Below, one piece after another: positions 9,269 through 20,106 of a stretch of 64,000 nucleotides of DNA. The DNA is from an uncultured archaeon (lineage in GTDB: Archaea; Asgardarchaeota; Lokiarchaeia; Sigyniarchaeales; SOKP01): positions 31,225 through 95,224 of the forward strand of contig CAYLZE010000001.1 of assembly GCA_964388035.1 (NCBI GenBank), written 5' to 3'. Under the pieces are notes generated by a model. That model ran no database searches, was not told the DNA's origin, and saw only the letters and a list, made by a program, of their open reading frames with translations. The position numbers and the translations under genes are program-made. Each line of letters starts with the position of its first letter. The first letter of the stretch is position 1.

Positions 9269-9291
9269 ATAAATGGAATTATCCCATTTAT
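9269..9291. terminator. Hairpin between convergent porB and VWA genes
   Basis: ATAAATGG-AATTATC-CCATTTAT 8-bp stem; T-tracts directly after the porB stop (9135-9183). Confidence 0.35.
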
Positions 9292-9336
9292 TTACTAATC
9301 AAATAAAATTTTCAAATTCAGACTAAAAAAAATTTT

Positions 9337-11910
9337 TTAATTAAAAAATTCTTTAACGATTAACTGGCATAATTTTACCATTTTTTGACCTAAATCTTGT
9401 TCATCTTGCGAATTAGTTAAGATCCAATCTTTTTGGTATAATTTATCCAAATATTCCCCCTTTGCATCAATAGAGAAAGCATATACTTTAAAGCGTTTCC
9501 TAACGTCATGAATATCATTCATGGCTTCGTTTAAGCCATAATTCCCATCTCCCGCAGGCTGCCCATCCGAAATAACAATTATAAAGTCGTCCTTTTGTAG
9601 TTTATTAGCTTCATGTTTTATTGAAATCCCGTCTAAATTTTGACAATCATTAGCATGGCTTCCAAATTTGTCCATCTTCTTAGGATTCAAGGGTTCATCA
9701 AAATTTTTTACCAAGATATTTAATGCATCATGTTTTCCCGTGAATAGAACGATCCTTGTATTTGCTAGATATTCTAAAGCTTCACATAGCAATACAAGAG
9801 CAATTTTTGCCGCTTTCATCTTAACCCCTTTCATACTCCCGGAAATATCTACTATAATCAATAATCTTAACTCTCTCTCAACTGTTTTCTTTGTAAAACA
9901 TTGTTTATATCTATAATCACTGGTGACTGCCTTAATTAATTTGCTATTTAGCCGTCCTCGCTTCTGAAAAGAATCGTAGTCTCTCTGATTTTTTAATTCT
10001 GCAAAAACTCTTTTAATTTTTTTTATTTGGTTATCATAATTAATTTTCATTTGAGCTAAAGTTAAATCGACAGGTATCATATTTTCTTTGTCAATCGTTG
10101 TTTCAATTACCTTTCTATCCTTAAAATCTCCTCCTATTTTAAGTACGCGCATCCCTAATTCTAATGTTTTTAATCGTCTATCCATCTCTTCCTCAGCTTT
10201 TTTAAGATTGTCTGCGATCTTTTTTAGTACTTCGACTTTGAATCTATGTCTTTTATCGTTGAGCAATTCCTCAATGTCAATTTTCTCATCTTTTTCATCA
10301 AATAGCTCTAATTGCTTAAAAATGGTTTCAAGTTGTTTGGAATTGAGCTTATCAACGCCTAATTTCTCACAGAGTCTTTCTTCAAATAAATCCAGGTCAG
10401 TTTTAGGATCTCCTTCACTTAGTCCATTATTTTTTATCTCATCTAACTCCATGAAAATATCTTTGAGGTCTTCACAGGAAATATCGCAATTCTCGAAGGT
10501 TTTATTTAATTCTTTAGATAAGTTCTCTAAATTAGACCCATAGTCTAAAGAGCCATTATTACTTCTTAAAAAATCCTCTTTTTGTTTTAATTCCTGGATA
10601 TCCGAAATTAAATCATCTAATACCCCGTCTTCCAGATTTAAATCATCAAATTTCTCACGTAGGTTTTTTTTTAGCTCCTCTAATGCTTCTCTACTTTCAA
10701 AATGATTATTTAATAGATCTTGATTTTTTTCAATTTCTTGTAGGAATTCCTTCACTTGATCTGAATTTATCTCATTTTTATCGTGTGTTTCATTCCAACT
10801 TCTGGTGAATTCATCAATATCTTTTTCATAGGACATTTCCTCAGATTGAGATCCATAATAAGTACCATTCTCTCTAAAATTAGCTAGATCTTCTTCAATT
10901 TTCTCTAAATCTTTTGTAGATAAATCATATTCCTCCAAGTTTTTTATCAAATCTTCACTGTATTCTTGTAATTCCGTTTTTTCCTTGGTTAGCTTGTCAA
11001 ATGTATTATTCTCAAATTGTTGGCTTTCATTCCAACGGGTTAAAAGATCAAAGTCTTCCATTGGGTTGCCCTGCTTTGGATTATCTTCATAGTTATAATA
11101 TATTTCTCCATCCTCAATTTCAGATTCCATATCCTCCTCCCCTTCCTCAGGAACCATCGGGATAGGATAAGATCTCGATCCTCCGCCTGAACTAGACCCT
11201 GAACTTCCAGGAACACCTCTAACTTGAGGAAATTGATTAACTTTTCGTTCGATTTTTTTTGGAAAATATTTCTTTAAGATATTGCAAAGTTTATAGACGG
11301 AAAGTAAGGTCACGTTAGGAGTACGGAATTTTATGATAAACTTTTTGATATTAACAACGGAATTCCAATCTGAAATACTAATCTTAAATGGACCTAAATT
11401 AGGAATAGTCAAAAATCCTTCAAAATCCTCCATGAACAAATAGATGTAAGTTACAATATCTTTTAATTTTACAATTCTCGATTTAATTATGGGGATTAGT
11501 GTCAACTCTAAATTTCTCAAGTTTCTATAAAAACCGGGAAACTTTTTATCATTTATTGCATTAATCCTAACGTCTTCTACTACATTGACTAATTGTCGTA
11601 CAAATCCCGAAGGTAAATCAAATTTCTTAGAAACTACCGCGACTAACTTGGCAAAATTTAATTCGAATGACCCATAACCCACATGTCCTGCTTCATGGGC
11701 AACCAATCCCTGACTTCCTTTGATATCTTCTTTATACTTTTGTGGAATATAAATAATTCTACAGTCAGTAAAAGCAGCATAATCGTTTCGTAAATAAGAA
11801 ATGAGAATATCTTTATTACCACTGATTCTCTTTGCAGTATTTGTAAGGGCTAGTAAATCAGTATTTACATCTCGCTCAAATAAATCAAATAATCCTAATT
11901 CTTTAAACAT
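9337..11910 (-). CDS. VWA domain protein (partner of MoxR-type AAA+ ATPase)
   Basis: C-terminal MIDAS DISGS...ISDGQP; N-terminal HEAGH and NVVEDVRI (CobT/NorD-like N-terminus); long acidic helical linker. Confidence 0.85.
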   Translation of the reverse strand: MFKELGLFDLFERDVNTDLLALTNTAKRISGNKDILISYLRNDYAAFTDCRIIYIPQKYKEDIKGSQGLVAHEAGHVGYGSFELNFAKLVAVVSKKFDLPSGFVRQLVNVVEDVRINAINDKKFPGFYRNLRNLELTLIPIIKSRIVKLKDIVTYIYLFMEDFEGFLTIPNLGPFKISISDWNSVVNIKKFIIKFRTPNVTLLSVYKLCNILKKYFPKKIERKVNQFPQVRGVPGSSGSSSGGGSRSYPIPMVPEEGEEDMESEIEDGEIYYNYEDNPKQGNPMEDFDLLTRWNESQQFENNTFDKLTKEKTELQEYSEDLIKNLEEYDLSTKDLEKIEEDLANFRENGTYYGSQSEEMSYEKDIDEFTRSWNETHDKNEINSDQVKEFLQEIEKNQDLLNNHFESREALEELKKNLREKFDDLNLEDGVLDDLISDIQELKQKEDFLRSNNGSLDYGSNLENLSKELNKTFENCDISCEDLKDIFMELDEIKNNGLSEGDPKTDLDLFEERLCEKLGVDKLNSKQLETIFKQLELFDEKDEKIDIEELLNDKRHRFKVEVLKKIADNLKKAEEEMDRRLKTLELGMRVLKIGGDFKDRKVIETTIDKENMIPVDLTLAQMKINYDNQIKKIKRVFAELKNQRDYDSFQKRGRLNSKLIKAVTSDYRYKQCFTKKTVERELRLLIIVDISGSMKGVKMKAAKIALVLLCEALEYLANTRIVLFTGKHDALNILVKNFDEPLNPKKMDKFGSHANDCQNLDGISIKHEANKLQKDDFIIVISDGQPAGDGNYGLNEAMNDIHDVRKRFKVYAFSIDAKGEYLDKLYQKDWILTNSQDEQDLGQKMVKLCQLIVKEFFN

Positions 11911-11940
11911 GATCCCTCAATCATTCCATGTATTCTGTCT

Positions 11941-13182
11941 TTAAAGTACGGGAAATGTTGTTCTCATCAATTCTGTTAATTCCGCATTCATTTTTCGATA
12001 TAGCCATTTAATGTATTTTAAAGTGATATTGCCAGCATAGATATGAGTTTTCCCAGTTTGCTGCTTGTACATATTATGATAACCTAACTCTTCTGTTAGT
12101 TTTATGTATTCCTGCAAGATTTTCTTATTATATGACCAGATCCATTCCAACGGAGTCCAAATTATTTTCCCGCTTCGATTCGTAATGGATCTATAATTGT
12201 TGTTTTTTCTATAATTATGTAACCATAACCGCATTTCTCCTATTACGTTAGAGTTTTTGTCTGATTCCTCTAATTTAATGGAACTTTGAATCTCTTCCTT
12301 AACCTCTTTTTTAACTATTAATTCATCCTTGAGTTTTTTTTCCAGCATCTTCCCATCGAGTATCATCGCAATGCTTTTCTTTTCCTCAGTATTTTCAGCT
12401 AATCTATTAATGATAGCATTTTCGATATTGCACTTGATATATTGTGGCTCCATACGGGTTATTAGATAGCAGAAATTTACAATCAGTCGTGTGGAAAAGA
12501 TTTTGGTTAAGGAGAAATCTTCGAGGGCTTGTTTTCTAATTTCTCTTGCCGCATCTACCACGACCTCAGCAATTCGAGAACTGCAGCCTGAAATCCGAGA
12601 AGCAATGAGAATCTCCTTGTTTTTATCGGGATAATTTATCTCGGGGCTTGCAATAAAGCGATCATCAAATGCTTCCTGCAATTTATTAATTCCTATCACC
12701 CCCTTATTCATGGTACCAATGACAATCAACTTGCTTTCTGAGTTAAGTTCATACTTTTCAAATCCTTTGGAGATGAGGTTGATATGGTTCTCTGATAAGA
12801 GTGAATTAAGAGAAATCTGTTCACTCTCTCTAATTGCATTAACTTCATTTATAATTACAAAAGAAATTCCATTCTCATTCGCAGATTTTATTGCTAATGT
12901 GAGTGGACCATAATTAAATAGTGTATTTCCCTTGATCAATTCCCAATTCCCTTCTATATCTCTTCTGTCAAGATCAGGAGAGCCATCAATGATAAAATAA
13001 GGTGCATTAAAGTCCTTTGCTAAAGTTATTGCTAATAACGTCTTGCCAGTTCCAGGAGGCCCATGCAATAGAATACCTGCACACCTCCCTGGTTCCAATG
13101 ATTCTATTAAACATTTTAAATAATCAAATTCGTCTTTTTGTTGAATATATTTTGGAGCTTTAATTATTGAAGCTTCTAACAT
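11941..13182 (-). CDS. MoxR-family (CbbQ/NirQ/NorQ-like) AAA+ ATPase with C-terminal extension
   Basis: Walker A GPPGTGKT, Walker B IINEVN, GTMN, AFDDRF, STR sensor 2; upstream of a VWA gene. Confidence 0.88.
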   Translation of the reverse strand: MLEASIIKAPKYIQQKDEFDYLKCLIESLEPGRCAGILLHGPPGTGKTLLAITLAKDFNAPYFIIDGSPDLDRRDIEGNWELIKGNTLFNYGPLTLAIKSANENGISFVIINEVNAIRESEQISLNSLLSENHINLISKGFEKYELNSESKLIVIGTMNKGVIGINKLQEAFDDRFIASPEINYPDKNKEILIASRISGCSSRIAEVVVDAAREIRKQALEDFSLTKIFSTRLIVNFCYLITRMEPQYIKCNIENAIINRLAENTEEKKSIAMILDGKMLEKKLKDELIVKKEVKEEIQSSIKLEESDKNSNVIGEMRLWLHNYRKNNNYRSITNRSGKIIWTPLEWIWSYNKKILQEYIKLTEELGYHNMYKQQTGKTHIYAGNITLKYIKWLYRKMNAELTELMRTTFPVL

Positions 13183-13341
13183 TTTCCATCCTTATTACAT
13201 TTTTTACTCAAATTTTTATTCTTTGGTCTTTATCTCTTATACCCTTAAAGTATTTTGTATAGAACTGAACTTTATTATAATTCAGATTTATAAACTCCTA
13301 AAAAAAGGGTGGAATTTTTATGGATCTAACAATTAAAATTA

Positions 13342-13361
13342 TTTGTCATGATCATGAAAAA
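13342..13361. promoter_or_regulatory. Palindromic operator copy
   Basis: TTTGTCAT-gatc-ATGAAAAA, 23 nt upstream of the D-aminoacylase start, followed by TTATTTAAAA. Confidence 0.7.
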
Positions 13362-13384
13362 TTATTTAAAATGAGGTAAATATC

Positions 13385-15025
13385 GTGGAGAATTCAATTT
13401 TATTAAAAGATGCCAAGATATTTGATGGAACGGGAAATCCCTGGTATAAGGGGGATATTTCTATTAAGAATGGGAAAGTTGAAGCGGTTAGCAGGCACGT
13501 TCATATTTCTCATGATAAAATAATTGATTGTTCCTCGCTCGCAATTGCCCCGGGATTTATTGATATTCATACCCATTCTGATTTAACGGTAGATATTAAT
13601 CCCAAATTAGAAAGTACCATAAGACAAGGAGTCACGACCCACGTGGTGGGAAATTGCGGCATTAGCTATGCTCCCGTAAATCCGAATAAAGCCCACTTGC
13701 TTCAAGAATATACTCAAGGGATATGTCCATTGGATGTAAAAGTGAACATTTCTTGGAGCACTTTTGAAGAGTATTTAAACCATGAAGCAAAGCGTGGAAT
13801 GTCCTCCAACATGGTGTATTTCGTGGGACATGGTACTGTTCGAATTGCAGTGATGGAATTTGATTCAAGAATTCCTACTGATGAAGAATTAGAACAAATG
13901 AAGGCGCATGTGGATGAAGCAATGAGGGCAGGTGCTTTTGGATTATCAACCGGGCTAGGGCATCCTCCCGGATTATTTGCTAAGACACCTGAATTGATCG
14001 AATTAGCAAAAGTAGCCAGTAAGCATGGGGGAATGTACGTATCTCATATCAGATCCTACGCCAGTGCATTGATGGAAGCAATAGACGAGATTATTACTAT
14101 TGGAAGTAAAGCTCAATTACCCATTCACGTGTCTCATTTATCTGTATATGGCTCACCAAATTGGGGTGCCAGTAAAAAGGCTCTTGAAATGATTGAAAGG
14201 AAAAGAGAAGAGGGTATGGAAATCACTACAGATCTACACCCTTACGATTCCACCAGTTCTTTTTTAATTAATGTATTACCTCCTTGGGTGATTGATGGAG
14301 GAATGCAAAAACTACTGGAACGATTGAAAGATGATAACACGCGGAAAAAAATTACCCATGATTTGAAAAATGGTATTCCCGGATGGAAGGAATGGATTCC
14401 TCCCGAAAAAGTGGGTTTCAATAATCTCTTGGCAGTCTCTCTAAAATCCCCCAAAAATAAAAGGCTGGAAGGAAAAAGTTTTGAAGAAATTGCAAGGATA
14501 TGGAACACGGATGTATATTCAGCAATTTATGACCTTTTAATTGAAGAAAATGGAGAAGTCACCATGATGATAAAGCACATGAGAGGGGAAGAAGATATTA
14601 TTAATATCATGAAACATCCACTATCAGCCTTTGGCTCGGATGCTTGGACAATGGCACCCTATGGTCCTTTAAAAACAGGCAGCCCGCATCCCCGTATATA
14701 TGGAACATTTCCTAAATTTTTGGGAGAATATGTACGAGAGAAAAAAGTTCTTTCTCTTGAAAATGCAATCCGAAAAATGACGTCATATCCTGCACAGATC
14801 CTCAAACTTCGGGATCGGGGATTGCTTAGAAAAAATTTTTGTGCAGACATCGTGATTTTTGACCCCAAAACGATTCAAGAAAAAGCGACCTATGAAAATT
14901 CCCATGTCTATCCGGAAGGGATAGAATACGTAATTGTCAATGGACAAATGGTAATAGAAAAGGGAGAGCATCTCGAAAATCTTCCCGGAATGGTATTACG
15001 CCATGACTCAAGTCATGTGCATTAA
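13385..15025 (+). CDS. N-acyl-D-amino-acid deacylase (D-aminoacylase, amidohydrolase superfamily)
   Basis: PGFIDIHTHSD, GVTT..GNCG, SHIR, HVSH, GSD, PHPRIYGTFP, ADIVIFDP. Confidence 0.92.
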   Translation: MENSILLKDAKIFDGTGNPWYKGDISIKNGKVEAVSRHVHISHDKIIDCSSLAIAPGFIDIHTHSDLTVDINPKLESTIRQGVTTHVVGNCGISYAPVNPNKAHLLQEYTQGICPLDVKVNISWSTFEEYLNHEAKRGMSSNMVYFVGHGTVRIAVMEFDSRIPTDEELEQMKAHVDEAMRAGAFGLSTGLGHPPGLFAKTPELIELAKVASKHGGMYVSHIRSYASALMEAIDEIITIGSKAQLPIHVSHLSVYGSPNWGASKKALEMIERKREEGMEITTDLHPYDSTSSFLINVLPPWVIDGGMQKLLERLKDDNTRKKITHDLKNGIPGWKEWIPPEKVGFNNLLAVSLKSPKNKRLEGKSFEEIARIWNTDVYSAIYDLLIEENGEVTMMIKHMRGEEDIINIMKHPLSAFGSDAWTMAPYGPLKTGSPHPRIYGTFPKFLGEYVREKKVLSLENAIRKMTSYPAQILKLRDRGLLRKNFCADIVIFDPKTIQEKATYENSHVYPEGIEYVIVNGQMVIEKGEHLENLPGMVLRHDSSHVH

Positions 15026-15028
15026 TAA

Positions 15029-15967
15029 TCATTTATATTTTTTAATATACTCGGTATTCGAGAGCTCTTCAATCAACTTATTTATTTTTTTATATTGAAG
15101 TTTTTTAAGAGAGGGTAAGGGAGATCTTACGATATTCGTTATGGGTAATCCAAGAGCGATTAACGTTTCTTTCATTAAACTCGGAGCACCGGATGGATAT
15201 ACTGCCCCAAAAATTGCTCCTACTTTCATCAAATAAGGAAGACAATCAGCAATTCTTTCCTTATTTTCCGCCTGAAATGCTTCATAAATGTCCACATAAA
15301 TGCTGGGAAACATATTCAATCCTGAGAAAATTCCCCCATCAAATTTCAAATTCGCTTCACTAAATTTTCTCACGATGATTTCTGAACCAATAAAGAATAA
15401 AAATTTACTTCGGTCACTCAGATTATCAAGAAGAGGCATGACATAATTATCCCAATCTCCCCCAGAATACTTGATCCCATTTATAATGTTCTCATTTGTC
15501 AATTCGATAATTAAGTTATAGGATAATGCGGCTGTGGAAGGAACGGTACTGCTCAATTCATAAGCAAATAAGGGTTTAACTCCACAATTCTTGCTTAAAA
15601 CCATATAATAGTTTTTTATTTCGCTATTTTGCAAGTTAAAATATTGGGGAATATTAGCCACATATCCACTTATACCTAAATCATCTCCAAATTTCAATAA
15701 TTTTAAAGCTAATTTTAGCGAGGTGCAAGATAAGTTCATGAGAATAGGAACTCGTGATTTCACTTGATCTTTAATAATTTCAACACATTTCATTCTCTCT
15801 TCCAGATCCATGTAAGCAAATTCACTCGACGATCCGAGAGCGAAAATACCCGATACTCCTTGCTCTATTAAATAATCAACCACGATCCTGAGCCCCTCTT
15901 CATCAATATTTTCATCTTGTTTGAATGGGGTAATGATAGGTGGAATCATCCCGTTAATTTGAATCAA
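15029..15967 (-). CDS. DHDPS/N-acetylneuraminate lyase family class I aldolase
   Basis: PPIITPF, FALGSSSEF, Schiff-base lysine in GIKYS, VRSPL. Confidence 0.88.
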   Translation of the reverse strand: MIQINGMIPPIITPFKQDENIDEEGLRIVVDYLIEQGVSGIFALGSSSEFAYMDLEERMKCVEIIKDQVKSRVPILMNLSCTSLKLALKLLKFGDDLGISGYVANIPQYFNLQNSEIKNYYMVLSKNCGVKPLFAYELSSTVPSTAALSYNLIIELTNENIINGIKYSGGDWDNYVMPLLDNLSDRSKFLFFIGSEIIVRKFSEANLKFDGGIFSGLNMFPSIYVDIYEAFQAENKERIADCLPYLMKVGAIFGAVYPSGAPSLMKETLIALGLPITNIVRSPLPSLKKLQYKKINKLIEELSNTEYIKKYK

Positions 15968-16104
15968 AAATTTAACCTCTATATGTTTTAATGCTTTAAT
16001 TTCTATTATATTGTAAAATTAATGGTATGTGTTTTGATACTTGGGACGCTAGATCTTTTATTCCCTATATCTTGGTAAAATATAATTTATCTTATTTTAT
16101 AAAA

Positions 16105-16124
16105 TTTGTCATGATTATGAAAAA
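16105..16124. promoter_or_regulatory. Palindromic operator copy
   Basis: TTTGTCAT-gatt-ATGAAAAA, adjacent to TTTATAAA, upstream of the aldolase (- strand). Confidence 0.7.
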
Positions 16125-16410
16125 TAGAGGAGATCCATTGGGCTTCAATGATTTTCCAATCAATGGATAATCCCCAAAAAAAAGGCAACTATTAGGAAAA
16201 AAATTATTTTATCATGGCTATACGTGCTTTTTTCCTCAATCATGCCCATTCTTTTTATTATTGATTTTATTTACGCTTTAATGCTTTATATTTCTCAATA
16301 ATATTGGATTTGGAGACCTGTTATACTTCACTCCCTCATTATTTGAGGACTTCATAGATAAGAATCGATTAATAAAACCATTACATTAGAAAAAAACAAA
16401 AGAGCAGAAG

Positions 16411-17910
16411 CTAAGTTAATTCAATGATATTAATTTTTACAGAATTATCAAAGTGAACGACAAATTTTTTTCCAACCATGTCTTCTTCAAGTAATCTAGA
16501 CAACATGTCCGGTTCTGCATTTAATTGAGCAAGTGTCCTTCTGCCATTTCCAAGAGTGCCTATAAAAATCCCTTTAATAGGATTTCCTTTACGATTATAA
16601 ACCAAGGTATACCCTTCTACTTGAATAGTACCATTTGCCTCTTGTTGAGGAGGATCCAGAGCTTTTGATAAGATCAAATCTTGCATTTCCTCGTCGTTTA
16701 TTTGTTCCCACGAGATTACCGGAGGAGTTCTTCCATATAACCCAAACGATTGCTTATGATTATATCCTCCATTTGCAACAATCATGACATTTAAAGCAGG
16801 ATTAGTTCGAATTTTTTCAACTGCAGTAACCACGGCATGCATGGAATAATTACTCCACGGACCTCCAAAATATGGCAATCCTCCTGCAATGGTTAAATCT
16901 CGTGAATCACCTTCGGGAATTCCGATCTCATTCTTAATTATTTGTATGATAGAGGGAAAACAGCTATAAATGTCAAACACATGGATGTCCTTGAGGGAGA
17001 TTCCAGCTTGATTTAAGGCTCTTTTAGAACCCACTCTTGCTGCGGGTGAGTCATGTAGGTTTGGGCGTCTGGTTATCTCGTATACATTTTGAAAATCAGC
17101 TCCCCCCCTTAAATATACCCAGTAATTCTCGTCTATACCTAAATCACGTGCTTGCTCAACTGTCATCATGAGGAGAGCAGCGGATTGATCCACAAACATG
17201 TTAGCACACATGCGTTTCGTATAAGGATAATTTATCATGCGATTGGAAGGCGTGGGGTTGATTATTTCTTTGGCACTAAATGATTCCTTAGTCCAAGAAA
17301 AGGGATTCTCTGATGCAATTTTCGAAAATCTTTCAAATAATTTTCCCATAGAAAGTTGATGTTCCTCCACAGTCCTTGCTAGCGATTTTCTTAACGCTGT
17401 TTCAAAAATTGCATAGGAGATTGATGGATTCTTGAGCCCATAACTATTTTCAAACTCATTAATACCATCCCATAATTCTCCTTCCATGTAGGAGGGTTTT
17501 TTAGAAGGCGGCCAATTCTTTATCTTCTTTGATTTATAAGCCGTATAAAAACATTCTCCTCCCGTAATAAGTATTGCTTTCGAACGTTCATGAAAAAAGT
17601 CTCTTGATGCTCTATTTATTAGGGCTTGAGGAGTATTTCCCCCATCGGGCAAATACACTCTCCTCCGAGGGATAATCCCAAGAGTTTTCCCCAATTCTCC
17701 CGGAGCATCTTCATAAGACCAGCTCCTAATATTCGTCATGAAGATCGTATCTATGGAATCTATGATTTGCGAAGAGTTCGCATTGGTATCTTTAATAGCA
17801 TTTTCACATGCTTTAATTATCAAAGCCAAGGGATCTAAAGGACTTTCAATAATCTTGCGTTGAGTATATTGAGCAACTCCCACGAGCACGGCAGATTTAT
17901 CTTTTTTCAT
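16411..17910 (-). CDS. Thiolase-like protein (acetyl-CoA acetyltransferase superfamily) with extra C-terminal domain
   Basis: VLVGVAQ, GGNTPQ, VDQSAALL, DIYSCFP, GGLPYFGGP motifs. Confidence 0.85.
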   Translation of the reverse strand: MKKDKSAVLVGVAQYTQRKIIESPLDPLALIIKACENAIKDTNANSSQIIDSIDTIFMTNIRSWSYEDAPGELGKTLGIIPRRRVYLPDGGNTPQALINRASRDFFHERSKAILITGGECFYTAYKSKKIKNWPPSKKPSYMEGELWDGINEFENSYGLKNPSISYAIFETALRKSLARTVEEHQLSMGKLFERFSKIASENPFSWTKESFSAKEIINPTPSNRMINYPYTKRMCANMFVDQSAALLMMTVEQARDLGIDENYWVYLRGGADFQNVYEITRRPNLHDSPAARVGSKRALNQAGISLKDIHVFDIYSCFPSIIQIIKNEIGIPEGDSRDLTIAGGLPYFGGPWSNYSMHAVVTAVEKIRTNPALNVMIVANGGYNHKQSFGLYGRTPPVISWEQINDEEMQDLILSKALDPPQQEANGTIQVEGYTLVYNRKGNPIKGIFIGTLGNGRRTLAQLNAEPDMLSRLLEEDMVGKKFVVHFDNSVKINIIELT

Positions 17911-18322
17911 TAAAACCCCTAAATAACAAGTAAGATTTTATCATAATTTTAATTTCCATAATGAATTAAAATTAATCTTTCTTACATTTTTACCGAGATC
18001 TCTTTAGAAATTTAAGCACCTACTTTAAATTTTTCATTTAGAACAAGATTGAAAAAAAAATCATAGAATTACGAGATTTGTTAGACTCCAAGACATATGG
18101 TAAAAATTAACCTTACGATTTAAATCCATTTTAATCACAGAACTTTATGGCGGAATGAACTTCATTAATACCACAAAAAGCTATTCCAAAGAATTCTAAA
18201 ACTGACCCAATGACTAAGCGAATAAGATTGAGAATATGGAAAATCCCAGAAGAAAAGATTAAGTATTCAATTAAATCCTTGATCTCTCCTTAGATATTCC
18301 AGACACTCATAAGCCATAGAGA

Positions 18323-18342
18323 TTTGTCATTTTTATGACAAA
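18323..18342. promoter_or_regulatory. Palindromic operator (perfect)
   Basis: TTTGTCAT-tttt-ATGACAAA immediately followed by cTTTAAATA, upstream of an MFS gene. Confidence 0.8.
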
Positions 18343-18418
18343 CTTTAAATAACATTGTGACGAAATTTAAATTAGCTTCTTTAAAACAAAATTTAAAATA
18401 AAAAAATGGGAAAAAAGA

Positions 18419-19834
18419 ATGGAACAAATTAAAAAAGATGGAATAAATGAATCAAGATCCCAATCTACACCGATAATGATTTCCTATTCCCTAGGTAATT
18501 TAATGTCCGAAGCCTTTTTCTTCATTTTCGGCACGTATTTCTACTTCTTCTATGAAGTAGAGGTGGGACTCTCTATTTGGTTAGTAAGCTTAGGCTACAC
18601 GATCTACGCCATATGGAATGCGATCAACGACCCTATAATTGGAGTATTTACCGATCGTCCAAATAGGATGTGGAAAAGGTGGGGCAAGCGATTCCCCTTT
18701 GTCTTTATCGGGATTCTTGGATGGATTTTTACGTTAGCTTTATTATTTACTCCTCCAGATGTAAGTGCTGCCTCAGGGAGCATCATTTTGTTTATTTGGC
18801 TAATATTTTCCGCTTGCTTGTGCGATACATTATTTTCTTTAGGAGCAGTGAATTATGGTGCGTTATATCCCGATAAATTTAGAACGGATGGTGATCGACG
18901 GAAAGTAGCAGGTTATGGTAACATTTTTGCTCTGTTAGGTACTTTGGTCGGAGCAATAATTCCTCCGATGTTCATCACGTACGGTGATATATCCTCATAT
19001 GCCACGATGTCTTGGTTAGTAATCATTATTTTACTTGTTGCGTTCGTGTTTTACATTCCAGGCATACGAGAAACGAAATGGATGAAGGAGCGATATTTGG
19101 AAAGGTGGGAAGTGGAAAAAGCGGAGAAAATTTCATTTGTTGATACTGTCAGGCGCGTCTTTAAACAGAAAAACTATGTCGTGTTCATGGTGGTTTACCT
19201 CGTAAGTGATATCGCTAGTGCTTGTTTAATGGCAAGTTTAAATTATGAGATTATCTACGTTCTAAATGAATCAACGGATGCACTCTTATTTATAATGTTA
19301 ATCTATGTACTTTCCTCAATAATTTCGATACCATTTTGGGTATTGTTATCTCAAAGAATCAAAAATAACAAGAAAGTCTTCATTATTTCCTGCATTGCAA
19401 ATGCCGCATTTTTGATTCCAATGGGGTTTATAAACATTCTATGGGCTTTTCTCATCGGAGCTGTCTTTTTGGGCATCGGAATGGCGGGCTTCAAGGTTAA
19501 CTTGACTCCGCTTTCTGGGGATGCCCTAGATGAGGCATTGGTTCTTAATAAGCGCCACATGGAATCTTCTTATGGTGGCTTTATGGTCTTTATCTTGAGA
19601 TTTTCATTAGTGGCACAAGCTCTTATATTCGGTATCGTGCACACCTTGACGGGATTCGATACGACCCCTGGAGCTACTCAACCCCCAGCGGCTGTCTTTG
19701 GTATTCAATTACACTTCGCCCTCATTCCGGCAGTTTTATTCATCATCGGAATCATCATTTTCTGGAAATATTACGGACTTACCCCTGAGAAAACAAAAGA
19801 ATTGAAGGAAAAGATAAAGGAACTTCAGCAATAA
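18419..19834 (+). CDS. MFS transporter, GPH (glycoside-pentoside-hexuronide) family
   Basis: WNAINDPIIGVFTDR...WGKRFP motif; about 12 TM segments. Confidence 0.9.
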   Translation: MEQIKKDGINESRSQSTPIMISYSLGNLMSEAFFFIFGTYFYFFYEVEVGLSIWLVSLGYTIYAIWNAINDPIIGVFTDRPNRMWKRWGKRFPFVFIGILGWIFTLALLFTPPDVSAASGSIILFIWLIFSACLCDTLFSLGAVNYGALYPDKFRTDGDRRKVAGYGNIFALLGTLVGAIIPPMFITYGDISSYATMSWLVIIILLVAFVFYIPGIRETKWMKERYLERWEVEKAEKISFVDTVRRVFKQKNYVVFMVVYLVSDIASACLMASLNYEIIYVLNESTDALLFIMLIYVLSSIISIPFWVLLSQRIKNNKKVFIISCIANAAFLIPMGFINILWAFLIGAVFLGIGMAGFKVNLTPLSGDALDEALVLNKRHMESSYGGFMVFILRFSLVAQALIFGIVHTLTGFDTTPGATQPPAAVFGIQLHFALIPAVLFIIGIIIFWKYYGLTPEKTKELKEKIKELQQ

Positions 19835-20106
19835 ATTAATTTTTTTCTTTTTTGTTACTTTATTCTTTTTTTTATGATTTTATTCAATTAGGTTAGGCTA
19901 ATTTTACAAAAGAATGATCTTTTGCTTTGTGCGCGTTCAGGAAGTCACGAGCACCAGATGTAGCTCAAACTCCTTTATCCCGTCAATTACAAAAGATTTC
20001 AGAACTGCTTTTCATAAAATATTAATTTTCTTCAATCTTGTATATCATGAATTAATGAAAATTTAATTAGAAATAAAGATATGCATCTCATTAAAGACTA
20101 GAAAAT

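Noticed and set aside
16138-16360. Possible degraded membrane-protein gene after an SD-like GAGGAG
   Set aside because: Multiple stops and no recognisable family; hydrophobic translation is expected from T-rich DNA.
19921-19995. GC-richer intergenic patch as ncRNA or IS remnant
   Set aside because: No clear fold, terminal repeats or ORF could be supported.
20041-20062. Additional copy of the palindromic operator before the sulfatase
   Set aside because: TATATCAT-N6-ATGAAAAT has the wrong spacer length and several mismatches.
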